Assembly (NCBI GenBank): GCA_963848295.1
Contig: CAWKDB010000010.1
Span: forward strand, 1,664,001-1,728,000
Direction: 5' to 3'
DNA: 64,000 nt
DNA from: an uncultured delta proteobacterium
Lineage (GTDB): Bacteria; Myxococcota_A; Polyangia; Haliangiales; Haliangiaceae
The first letter of the stretch is position 1; the number at the start of each line of letters is the position of its first letter. Shown here piece after piece: positions 28,324-37,124 of this stretch. Under the pieces are notes generated by a model. It made no database searches, had not been told where the DNA came from, and worked only from the letters and a program-made list of their open reading frames with translations. The position numbers were made by a program, and so were the translations under genes.

Positions 28324-30116
28324 CCCGCGTCCTCGGCATCGACCTCGGGACGACGAGCTCCGCGCTCGCGGTCGCGGACGACGAGCACGCGGCGCGAGCG
28401 CACGACATCGCGCAAGTCGTCGGGCCGGGCGAGGTCGAGGCGCGGCCGACGCTGCCGTCGTTCCTGCTGCTACCGACCGAGCAAGAGGTCCCGGCGGCGC
28501 AGCTCCAGCTGCCGTGGTCCGGCAAGCTGCGTTACGCGGTCGGCACGTTCGCGCGCGAGCGCGGCGCCGAGCTGCCGCATCGGCTCGTCGCCTCGGCGAA
28601 GTCGTGGCTGTGCAACTCGGCGATCGATCGTACCGCGCAGGTGCTGCCTTTTTCCCTCTCCAGGGATTCCGAAGCGGCTCGCGGCGCGCAACGCGAGCTC
28701 GAGGCGGCGATGGCCGATGGCGAGCGGGTCTCGCCGGTCAACGCGTCGGCGCGCTACCTCGCGCACCTCCGCGCCGCCTGGGACGACGAGCACGAGGACG
28801 AGCCGGCCGACGAGCAAGACGTGCTCGTCACCGTGCCGGCGAGCTTCGATCCGGTCGCGCGCGAGCTGACGGTGGTCGCGGCGCGCGAGGCGGGGTTCGC
28901 GAACATCACGCTGCTCGAAGAGCCGCAGGCGGCGTTCTATGCGTACCTCGCGGCGCGCGGCGAGCGCTGGCGCGATGACCTGAAGCCAGGCGACGTCGTG
29001 CTCGTATGCGATGTCGGTGGCGGCACGACCGACTTCTCGCTGATCGAGGTCGCGGACGACGGTGGCACGCTCGCGCTCGAGCGCATCGCGGTGGGCGATC
29101 ACATCTTGCTCGGCGGCGACAACATGGATCTCGCGCTCGCCGCGCTCGTCGCCAAGCAACTCGCCGACGCCGGCAAGACACTCGATGCGCTGCAGCAACG
29201 CGCGCTCGTGCACGCGTGTCGCCGTGCGAAGGAGACGTTGCTCGCCGATGATGCGCCGTCGTCCGCGCCGATCGCGATCCTCGCGCGCGGCAGCAAGCTG
29301 ATCGGCGGCACGATCAAGGTCGACGTCACGCGCGCCGACGCGGAAGCCCTGCTGGTCGACGGCTTCCTGCCGAGGGTCGGCGCCGAGGCGCGCGCCGAGA
29401 AGCGCCGTGCCGGCGGCTTGCGCGAGATGGGCTTGCCATACGCGCACGACCCGGCGATCACGCGTCACCTCGCCGAGTTCCTGGGCCGGTTCGGTCGGAT
29501 GCCGACCGCGGTGTTGTTCAACGGCGGCGTGATGAAGTCGTCGCGGCTGCGCGAGCGGATCGTCGAGCTGCTGCGCACGTGGGCAGGTCGCGACATCGCG
29601 GTCCTGCAAGGTGCGGATCTCGATCTCGCCGTCGCGCTCGGCGCCGCGCACTACGGCCGAGTCCGCCGCGGCAAGGGCGTGCGGATCCGCGGCGGCACCG
29701 CGCGCGCGTATTACATCGGGATCGAGAGCGCGATGCCTGCGATCCCCGGGTTCGCGCCGCCGGTGAAGGCGCTGTGCGTCGCGCCGCAGGGCCTCGAGGA
29801 GGGCCAATCGGTCGCGCTGCCCGACGACGAGCTCGGCTTGATCGTCGGCGAGACCGCGACGTTCCGATTCTTCGCCGCGGCGACGCGCAAAGAGGATCCG
29901 GCCGGCGCGCTGATCGACGCCGACGCCGCCGGCATCGTCGAGCTCGATCCGGTCGAGAAGCTCGTCGAGGCCGAGGGCGAGCGCACGGCGGGCGAGCTGG
30001 TGCCGGTGCGGCTCGAAGCTCACGTCACCGAGGTCGGCACGCTCGAGCTCTGGTGCGTCGCGCGCGACGGCCACGGCCGATGGAAGCTCGAGTATTCGGT
30101 GCGCGAGCGCGATTAG
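28320..30116 (+). CDS. Atypical Hsp70 family protein
   Basis: GIDLGTT, TVPASFD, LLEEPQAAFY, DVGGGTTD. ATGA overlap with DUF2760. Confidence 0.9.
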   Translation: MTRVLGIDLGTTSSALAVADDEHAARAHDIAQVVGPGEVEARPTLPSFLLLPTEQEVPAAQLQLPWSGKLRYAVGTFARERGAELPHRLVASAKSWLCNSAIDRTAQVLPFSLSRDSEAARGAQRELEAAMADGERVSPVNASARYLAHLRAAWDDEHEDEPADEQDVLVTVPASFDPVARELTVVAAREAGFANITLLEEPQAAFYAYLAARGERWRDDLKPGDVVLVCDVGGGTTDFSLIEVADDGGTLALERIAVGDHILLGGDNMDLALAALVAKQLADAGKTLDALQQRALVHACRRAKETLLADDAPSSAPIAILARGSKLIGGTIKVDVTRADAEALLVDGFLPRVGAEARAEKRRAGGLREMGLPYAHDPAITRHLAEFLGRFGRMPTAVLFNGGVMKSSRLRERIVELLRTWAGRDIAVLQGADLDLAVALGAAHYGRVRRGKGVRIRGGTARAYYIGIESAMPAIPGFAPPVKALCVAPQGLEEGQSVALPDDELGLIVGETATFRFFAAATRKEDPAGALIDADAAGIVELDPVEKLVEAEGERTAGELVPVRLEAHVTEVGTLELWCVARDGHGRWKLEYSVRERD

Positions 30117-30132
30117 AGGTACCCTGGCCGTT

Positions 30133-30582
30133 ATGGCCACCGCGCTCGATACCATCGCTCATGTCATCTTGCCGAACGTGATGAAGCTGAAGGGCGCGTC
30201 GGTCGTGATGTCCGCGATGGAGCGCCGGGACGTCTCGTTGTTCGCGCACGTCTGGGAGCAGACCGGCGTGACGCACACGCCGCAGGTCGTCGCGAAGGAA
30301 CACGATGCGTGGCGGATCGGCGTGATGTCGCTCCCCAAGCCGAACGAGATGGGCGAGGCGTTCATGTGCGCGTTCGTCGCGAAGAAGCAGGACGCCGCGA
30401 TGGCGCGGTACTTCACGCTCGAGAACGACTACGTGCTCGCGACGAAGACGCATCGCACGCTGCTATGCGAGCGCGATGGCGCGCGCATGGTGAGGGTCGG
30501 CGATGGGCCGCCGGTGACCGGCGACTTCGCGGCCGATGCGAACGCGTTCGTCGAGGCGATCGTCGTCGTGCTCACGAAGTAG
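30133..30582 (+). CDS. Hypothetical protein
   Basis: 149-aa ORF with GC3-rich codons filling the gap between the two Hsp70 genes. Confidence 0.7.
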   Translation: MATALDTIAHVILPNVMKLKGASVVMSAMERRDVSLFAHVWEQTGVTHTPQVVAKEHDAWRIGVMSLPKPNEMGEAFMCAFVAKKQDAAMARYFTLENDYVLATKTHRTLLCERDGARMVRVGDGPPVTGDFAADANAFVEAIVVVLTK

Positions 30583-30698
30583 TCACGGGTTGCTGATCGA
30601 GGCGTACGCGAGCGCCTGCCAGCCGTCGCTCATCGACCGGTCATATCAGGACCAGCTCGCCGGCTGTCATGCGGCTGCGGATGCGGTAAGACCGCGCC

Positions 30699-33425
30699 GT
30701 GGCCGCGCGCTACCTGATCGGCATCGACCTCGGCACGACGAACTCGGCGGTCGCGTTCGTCGACACCGCGGCGGCCGATCCGCGCGTCCGGGTGTGCGAG
30801 GTCGCGCAGCTGATCGCGCCGGGGGAGGTCGCGGCGCGCCGCCAGCTTCCGTCGTTCATCTATCTCGCGGGCGAGCACGACCTCGCACCACACGAGACCG
30901 CACTGCCGTGGAATCCGCCGTCGCGTGTCGTCGTCGGAGAGCTCGCGCGGGCACAGGGCGCGCGCATGGCATCGCGGATGATCTCGTCCGCGAAGTCGTG
31001 GCTGTGTCATCCCGGCGTCGACCGCAGCGCGGCGATCTTGCCGTGGGGCGGAGTCGACGTCCCGAAGCTGTCGCCGATCCAGGCGCAAGCCGAGATCCTC
31101 GGTCATATTCGCGGCGCGTGGGACGCCGCGCACCCCGACGCCTTGCTCGCGGCGCAAGAAGTCTTGATCACGGTGCCGGCGAGCTTCGACGAGGCCGCGC
31201 GCGAGCTCACGCTGCAGGCCGCTGCGAAGGCGGGATATCCGCCGGTCGTGCTGCTCGAAGAGCCACAGGCGGCGTTCTATGCGTGGCTCGACGGCAAGTC
31301 GGGGAACCTCGCACCTGGCGAGCGCGTGCTCGTGTTCGATGTCGGCGGCGGTACGACCGACTTCACGCTGATCGACGCCGATGCCGATGGGTTCACGCGC
31401 ACCGCGGTCGGCGATCACCTGCTGCTCGGCGGCGATAACCTCGACCTCACGCTCGCGAAGATCGTCGAGCAACGGGTCGCCGCGAAGACCGGCAAGAAGC
31501 TCGACACGCTGCAGTGGCACGGCCTCGTTCACGCGTGCCGGCTCGCGAAGGAAGCCCTGCTCGGTGACGCCCCGCCGGCGAGCGCGCCGATCGCGGTGCA
31601 GAGCCGCGGCAGCAAGATGATCGGCGGCACCGTGCGCGACGAGATCACGCGCAGCGAGCTCGATCACATCCTGTTCGATGGCTTCTTCCCGATCGTCGCC
31701 CGCGATGCGCAGCTGTCACGCGCGCGCGGCGGGTTACAAGAATTCGGCCTGCCCTACGCCGCCGATCCGGCGATCACCCGTCACCTCGCGTCGTTCGTGC
31801 AGCGCCATGTCGCGGCCGGCGCGCGGATCGACGCGGTGCTCTTCAACGGCGGCGCGATGACGCCGGCATCCTTGCGCGCGCGTGTGCTCGACCAGATCGG
31901 ACGCTGGCAGAGCAGCAGGCCCCGCGAGCTCCCGGCCGCGATGCCCGAGATGGCGGTCGCGCAAGGCGCGGCGTACTACGGGCTCGTCCGCCGCGGCCTG
32001 GCGACCCGGATCAAGGGCGGCACGCCGCGCGCGTTCTACGTCGGCGTGGAGACCGGCGGCGCCGACCGCATGGCGGTGTGCCTCGCGCCGGGAGGGCTCG
32101 AAGACGGCGCGCGGGTCGAGCTCGCGCGCGACTTCACGCTCGTGACGAATCGGCCGGTCAGCTTCCGGTTGTACTCGAGCAGCTCGCGTGAGGACTCGCC
32201 CGGTGCGCTCGTGCCGATCGGAGATGGCCGGCCCGAGACGCTCGACGACGGCAGCGACTTGCTCGAGCTGCCGCCGATCGTCACGGTGCTGCGCGCGCGG
32301 GGCCGCAGCGAGGTCACGGTCCGGCTCGCCGTTCACATCACCGAGCTCGGCGCGCTCGAGATCCTGTGCGTGGACCATGGCGAAGCGCACGAGCAGTGGA
32401 AGCTCGCGTTCGACATGCGCTCGGGCGGTGCGGCCGCGGCGCCGAGCGACGGCAGCGAGTCGCATCCCAAGACCGACGAGGCGGTCGCGCTCGTGAAACG
32501 AGCGTTCGCGTCCGGCACCGGCTTGCCGACGCTCGCGCGCGATCTCGAGACGTTGCTCGAAGTCCGCCGTGACGAGTGGACGATGCAGACCGCGCGCGCG
32601 TTGTTCGATGCGCTGCTCGAGGTCGCCCCCGATCGCAAGAAGTCCGCGGATCACGAGCAGCGCTGGCTCAACCTCGCCGGGTTCTTGCTTCGGCCCGGCA
32701 CCGGCGCACCGCTCGATGCATGGCGATCGCGCGTGATGTGGGGCGTGTTCAACGAAGGGCTCGCGTTCGGGAAAGTCGAGCCGAACAAGCTCGCGTGGTG
32801 GATCGCGTGGCGGCGGATCGCCGGCGGCTTGGTGAAGGGTCAGCAAGAGCAACTGTGGGATCGGCTGTCCCAGCTGCTGTTGCCGAGCACCAAGCAGAAC
32901 AAGAGGCTCGCCGACGTGAAGCCGAGCAAGCAGGAGCTCGCCGAGATCTGGCGAACCGTCGCGAGCCTCGAGCGCCTGCCCACCGCACACAAGGTCCGGC
33001 TCGGCGACGAGGTCGTGCAGCGTATGGCGACGAAGAGGGGCCTCGAGGACGGCGTTCATCTGTGGGCGTTGTCTCGCCTCGGCGCGCGCGTGCCGCTGTA
33101 CGGACCACTCGACGCCGTCGTTGCACCATCGAAGGTGTCGGCGTGGATCGCCGCGGTGCTCGACGCGGAATGGCCGGAGCCCGACAAGGTCGCGTTCCCG
33201 CTCGCGCAGCTCGGGCGGCGCACCGGCGATCGCACGCGCGACATCGACGACGCGACCCGCAGCAAGCTCGCCGCAGTGGTGCGCGCGCTACCCGGCGGCG
33301 ATCGCGCGGTCGTGCTGCTGGAGCAAGTGGTCGCGCTCGAAGCGCGGGAAGAGCGCGTCGCGCTCGGCGATACGCTGCCCGCGGGCTTGCGACTCGTGCT
33401 CGATGGATCGAACGTCGCGGACTAG
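30699..33425 (+). CDS. Hsp70 family protein with DUF3731-like C-terminal domain
   Basis: GIDLGTTN, DVGGGTTD; C-terminal HEQRWLNLAGFLLRPG and WALSRLGARVPLYG. Confidence 0.9.
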   Translation: MAARYLIGIDLGTTNSAVAFVDTAAADPRVRVCEVAQLIAPGEVAARRQLPSFIYLAGEHDLAPHETALPWNPPSRVVVGELARAQGARMASRMISSAKSWLCHPGVDRSAAILPWGGVDVPKLSPIQAQAEILGHIRGAWDAAHPDALLAAQEVLITVPASFDEAARELTLQAAAKAGYPPVVLLEEPQAAFYAWLDGKSGNLAPGERVLVFDVGGGTTDFTLIDADADGFTRTAVGDHLLLGGDNLDLTLAKIVEQRVAAKTGKKLDTLQWHGLVHACRLAKEALLGDAPPASAPIAVQSRGSKMIGGTVRDEITRSELDHILFDGFFPIVARDAQLSRARGGLQEFGLPYAADPAITRHLASFVQRHVAAGARIDAVLFNGGAMTPASLRARVLDQIGRWQSSRPRELPAAMPEMAVAQGAAYYGLVRRGLATRIKGGTPRAFYVGVETGGADRMAVCLAPGGLEDGARVELARDFTLVTNRPVSFRLYSSSSREDSPGALVPIGDGRPETLDDGSDLLELPPIVTVLRARGRSEVTVRLAVHITELGALEILCVDHGEAHEQWKLAFDMRSGGAAAAPSDGSESHPKTDEAVALVKRAFASGTGLPTLARDLETLLEVRRDEWTMQTARALFDALLEVAPDRKKSADHEQRWLNLAGFLLRPGTGAPLDAWRSRVMWGVFNEGLAFGKVEPNKLAWWIAWRRIAGGLVKGQQEQLWDRLSQLLLPSTKQNKRLADVKPSKQELAEIWRTVASLERLPTAHKVRLGDEVVQRMATKRGLEDGVHLWALSRLGARVPLYGPLDAVVAPSKVSAWIAAVLDAEWPEPDKVAFPLAQLGRRTGDRTRDIDDATRSKLAAVVRALPGGDRAVVLLEQVVALEAREERVALGDTLPAGLRLVLDGSNVAD

Positions 33426-33442
33426 CTCGGGTAGACTTGGCA

Positions 33443-34324
33443 GTGGTGCGCGCTAGCTTCTTGCTCGCAGCGATCGTCGTCGCGACGGGCTGTGGTCGCG
33501 TGCGGTTCGACGATCGCGGCGATGCCGAGCCGTCCGACGCCGGTTGCACGTTCGGGCCGTGGACCGCACCGCGCGCGCTGACCGAGCTAGCGAGCACGAG
33601 CGACGAGTACGGGCCGTGGCTATCGGCGGATCGCTTGACCGCGGTGTTCGCGTCGGATCGCAGCGGTGGATTCGAGATCCTGACCGCGCAGCGCGCCACC
33701 GTGCAATCGCCGTTCGCCGCACCGACCGTGATCGCGCTCGGCCCGAGCACGTACGGCGATCCGTATGTGTCGCCGGACGGGCTGACGCTGTGGCTCGACA
33801 GCGAGCCGACGGTGACGATCCTCCAGTCCACCCGCGCGACCGTGGGCGCGGCTTTCGGTGCTCCGGTCGTCGAGACCGAGCTCGCGCTCGGGCGCGACGA
33901 GTTCAACCCGAGCCTGTCGCTCGACCAGCTCAGGATCGCATTCGATACGCTCACGACGCCACAGGTCGTCTACATCGCGACGCGCGGCCGCGTCATCGAC
34001 CCGTTCGACGCGCCGCAACCGGTGCCGTCGCTCGAGGTGGCGGCGCAGAATTGCTGCGTGAGCTTTTCCGGTGATGGCACGTTCGTGCTGATCGCCAGCG
34101 ACCTCGACACGCCGAGCGTGCTCCACATCTATCAAGCCGCCGACAATGGCGACGGCACGTTCGGCGCACCGGTCGAATTTGCGCCCACGCTCGTCGGCAG
34201 CGACGGCACGAACGACTCGGATCCGTACATCACGCCGAGCGGCGACGCCGTGATCTTTGGATCGGAGCGCGCGCCGAGCCTCGGCGGTTACGATCTGTTC
34301 GAGATCGATCGCGAGTGTCTGTAG
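33443..34324 (+). CDS. Lipoprotein with PD40/TolB-like beta-propeller repeats
   Basis: Lipobox ATGC; repeats such as EYGPWLSADRLTAVFASDR and DSDPYITPSGDAVIFGSER. Confidence 0.75.
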   Translation: MVRASFLLAAIVVATGCGRVRFDDRGDAEPSDAGCTFGPWTAPRALTELASTSDEYGPWLSADRLTAVFASDRSGGFEILTAQRATVQSPFAAPTVIALGPSTYGDPYVSPDGLTLWLDSEPTVTILQSTRATVGAAFGAPVVETELALGRDEFNPSLSLDQLRIAFDTLTTPQVVYIATRGRVIDPFDAPQPVPSLEVAAQNCCVSFSGDGTFVLIASDLDTPSVLHIYQAADNGDGTFGAPVEFAPTLVGSDGTNDSDPYITPSGDAVIFGSERAPSLGGYDLFEIDRECL

Positions 34325-34667
34325 CGGCACTCTGCGCGAGGTAGTACGTGCCGCCGCGCACGAGCACCGTCACCGTACGCGCCGGGCTGCCGAGGCCGCG
34401 CACCGCGGTCTGCGCCCGAGCGAGCGACGCGAATGGCCCGTCGCTGGGGTCGGCGTTCGGCGCGGCGAGCGTGCCCGACCACGCGTCGTTGCCGTCGGTC
34501 GCGACGAAGAAGTCGGCGGTCGGTGAGCCCGGGTTGCACGCGGCCGAGCCCATCGCATCGCCGCCCCCCGCGGCGTCGCCGGGCGGCGGCGAGGAGTCTG
34601 GCTGACCCTCACTGGCGGAGTGACATCCGAACCCGAGGACACCGAGGACAAGAGCTAAGCGCAGCAT
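34325..34667 (-). pseudogene. Truncated lipoprotein; N-terminus of a right-handed beta-helix polysaccharide enzyme
   Basis: FFVATDGNDAWSGTLAAPNA...GPFASLARAQTAVR...VLVRGGTYYL, then the frame runs into the convergent gene. Confidence 0.7.
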
Positions 34668-34784
34668 ATGCGTGCCACGAGTGCAGCCGGCATGCCGCGA
34701 AGGGCCTGCGCGCGGTACGCACGTTCGCGCACCGCGTGATGCCAACCGTCCGCCGCGGGGGCGATGTCCGGCAGACCGGTCAGG

Positions 34785-35999
34785 TCAGCGCGAGCCCATG
34801 AACAACAGCGCGAACTGACGCAACCGCAACACCGATGGGATGCCCTCCGCCGAGCTGAACGACAGCGTGTCGGCGAACTTCACGTTGTCGGCGGCTTGCC
34901 ACGCGACGTATGCGGTGCCGGCCGGAGATCCGAGCAGCGCGTTGAGCTTGGTCTCGTATTCGCCTTGGACCTTCGCGACCATCGCATCGCCTTCGGCGCC
35001 GAGCCGACCCTCGATCGCATCGGCTTGCGACGTGATCCGGTTCTTGTACTCGAGCGTCTCGGCTTGGATGTTCTTGATCCCGATCAAGTAGTCCTCGCCG
35101 ACCGAATCGGCGTCCATGCTGAACGCCTTCGCGGCCTCGGCCTTCTTCGCGGCGAGATCGGCGGGCGACAGCGACACGAGCCTCGCGCGCGATGCACCGG
35201 GGGTCGCGTCTTCGACGCCGAGCAAGCCGACCTGGTAATCGCGCTCGAGCTCTGCGATCCGCTTCGCCCATTCGGCCGCTTTCTGGGACACCTGTGCGCT
35301 CGTGCCTTGCTGATAGTTATCGAGGCTCTGCTGCGTGTTCGCGAGCTTCTGGGTCGCGGCGTCGAGCAGCTTGTTCTGCGCGTTGAGCTGGATCTGCTGG
35401 AGCTGCTTCTCGTACTCGTCGCGGAACGTCACGGCGCGGACGAGCACGGCCTGAGCCTCGAGGTGCATCGCGCCGAGCTGCTTGTTGAGTGCCTTGAGCG
35501 CGGCTCCGCTCGCGTCGAGTCGCTCCTTGGTCGTATAGAACCCGGCGGAATCGAGCGCGGCCATCTGCTCGCGGAGCACGCTCGTCGCGGTCTCCTCGGC
35601 GAGCCGCATGTAGCGATAGCGACCATCGGGATCGAGCACGTGATTGCCGGCCTCGACGAGCAAGTGCGCCTCGCCCGGCTTGATCCGGACCGGCACGGAG
35701 ACGTCGATGTCGACCGTATTGTTGTCCTTCGTGCGAATGACGAGCGGCTTCTGCGGGCCGACCTTGTCTTCGGTGAAGTCGAGCACGAAGTAGTTGCTCG
35801 GCAGCAAGATGTACTTGTGCATGCCCGGGATCCGCATGTGCCAGCCCGGGCCGAGGTCGGTGTCGAGCACGCCGCTCGCCGCGCTCTGCCGCACGCCGAT
35901 CTGGTTCGGGCCGACCGTCGTGGTGAACACCGAGCTGACCAGCCACAGCACGAGCGCCGAGAGCACGACGACCTTCGAGATCCGTACGAGTGTCTTCAC
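34785..35999 (-). CDS. SPFH/band 7 domain protein
   Basis: N-terminal TM, VGPNQIGVRQ, GPGWH, RTKDNNTVDIDVSV, C-terminal coiled coil. Confidence 0.85.
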   Translation of the reverse strand: MKTLVRISKVVVLSALVLWLVSSVFTTTVGPNQIGVRQSAASGVLDTDLGPGWHMRIPGMHKYILLPSNYFVLDFTEDKVGPQKPLVIRTKDNNTVDIDVSVPVRIKPGEAHLLVEAGNHVLDPDGRYRYMRLAEETATSVLREQMAALDSAGFYTTKERLDASGAALKALNKQLGAMHLEAQAVLVRAVTFRDEYEKQLQQIQLNAQNKLLDAATQKLANTQQSLDNYQQGTSAQVSQKAAEWAKRIAELERDYQVGLLGVEDATPGASRARLVSLSPADLAAKKAEAAKAFSMDADSVGEDYLIGIKNIQAETLEYKNRITSQADAIEGRLGAEGDAMVAKVQGEYETKLNALLGSPAGTAYVAWQAADNVKFADTLSFSSAEGIPSVLRLRQFALLFMGSR

Positions 36000-37105
36000 T
36001 TCGCACCTCCGACGTTCTCGAGCTGGACTCGGGTCGGATTGCCGTCCTGGCGCACCGGTTGGATCTCGATCGTCACGCCCTTGAGGCGATCGCCGAGCCG
36101 CTCCATCACGCGCTCGACCGGCTGGTTGCGGAACGCGTCGATCTCCGCTTTGCGCGCTTGATACTGCGCGTCGAGCTGGCCCTTGAGCTCGTCGGCCTTG
36201 CTCTTCGCGGCCGAGCGCGCCGCTTCGCCGGCGGCGAGCTTGTCGACGCGATAACCGTCGACCTCGCGATGGGTCTCCGCCTTCGCGGCGACCGCTTCGG
36301 CGAGCGCGGCTTCGAGCTCGGCGCGCTTGGTCTGGTTGATCTTGTTCTGATCGCGTTCGACCTCGGCGAGCTTGCGGGCGCGCTCGGTCTGCGCGCGCTC
36401 GAGATCCGAACCGATCACGGCGAGCTGGTTCTCGGCCTGGTTGCGCGCCTCGATCAGGTCCTCGTACTCCTTCGAGAACCGCGGGCGCGGCGTCACGATG
36501 CTCGTGACCTCGATGCCATGCTCGCCGAGCATCTTGTTCATGCCTTTCTTCGCGAGCGCTTCGGCGTCGCCGAACATCGTCGGGTTCGACGCGTCGATCG
36601 TCGTCAGGTTACCGAACTCGTCGCGCATGATCGCGCGCACGTACGGCAGCATCCATTCATAGTAGGCGTGGTCGAGGCCGGAGTCGCGCAGCGTCTCGTC
36701 GGCCTTGCTCGGAATCGCGCGGAACAGGATCGTCGTGTCGTTGAACGAGAAGCTCGAGCCGTCCTTCGCGCGAACGTCGAGCTCGCGAACTTCGAGCGGA
36801 CTCTTGTTCGCGTTGCCGCGCAGGTGAAACGTCTGCGGGCTGACGTCGAGGATGTAGACGTCCTGGATCCCGAACGGCAGCCGCGTGATGAGGCCCGGCT
36901 GGGTGATGACCTCCATCGACCCGGTGACGTTGTTGACGCGCACCGCGACCTGGCCGGCTTCGACCGACGCGCACGAGTGGAACCCGACCAGCGCGAGCAC
37001 GATCGCGCCGCCGGCGAGCCACAGCCGCGAAGGCTCGCTGCCCGCGCCGCGCAGGACGTTGAAGATCGACCGAACGCGGTCTTTAGGATCCTTGGGATCA
37101 GCCAT
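35996..37105 (-). CDS. SPFH/band 7 domain protein
   Basis: VEAGQVAVRVNN, QPGL, VRAKDGSSF, coiled coil; GGAGG ribosome-binding site. Confidence 0.85.
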   Translation of the reverse strand: MADPKDPKDRVRSIFNVLRGAGSEPSRLWLAGGAIVLALVGFHSCASVEAGQVAVRVNNVTGSMEVITQPGLITRLPFGIQDVYILDVSPQTFHLRGNANKSPLEVRELDVRAKDGSSFSFNDTTILFRAIPSKADETLRDSGLDHAYYEWMLPYVRAIMRDEFGNLTTIDASNPTMFGDAEALAKKGMNKMLGEHGIEVTSIVTPRPRFSKEYEDLIEARNQAENQLAVIGSDLERAQTERARKLAEVERDQNKINQTKRAELEAALAEAVAAKAETHREVDGYRVDKLAAGEAARSAAKSKADELKGQLDAQYQARKAEIDAFRNQPVERVMERLGDRLKGVTIEIQPVRQDGNPTRVQLENVGGAK

Positions 37106-37124
37106 ATCGCCTCCATCGCGCACC

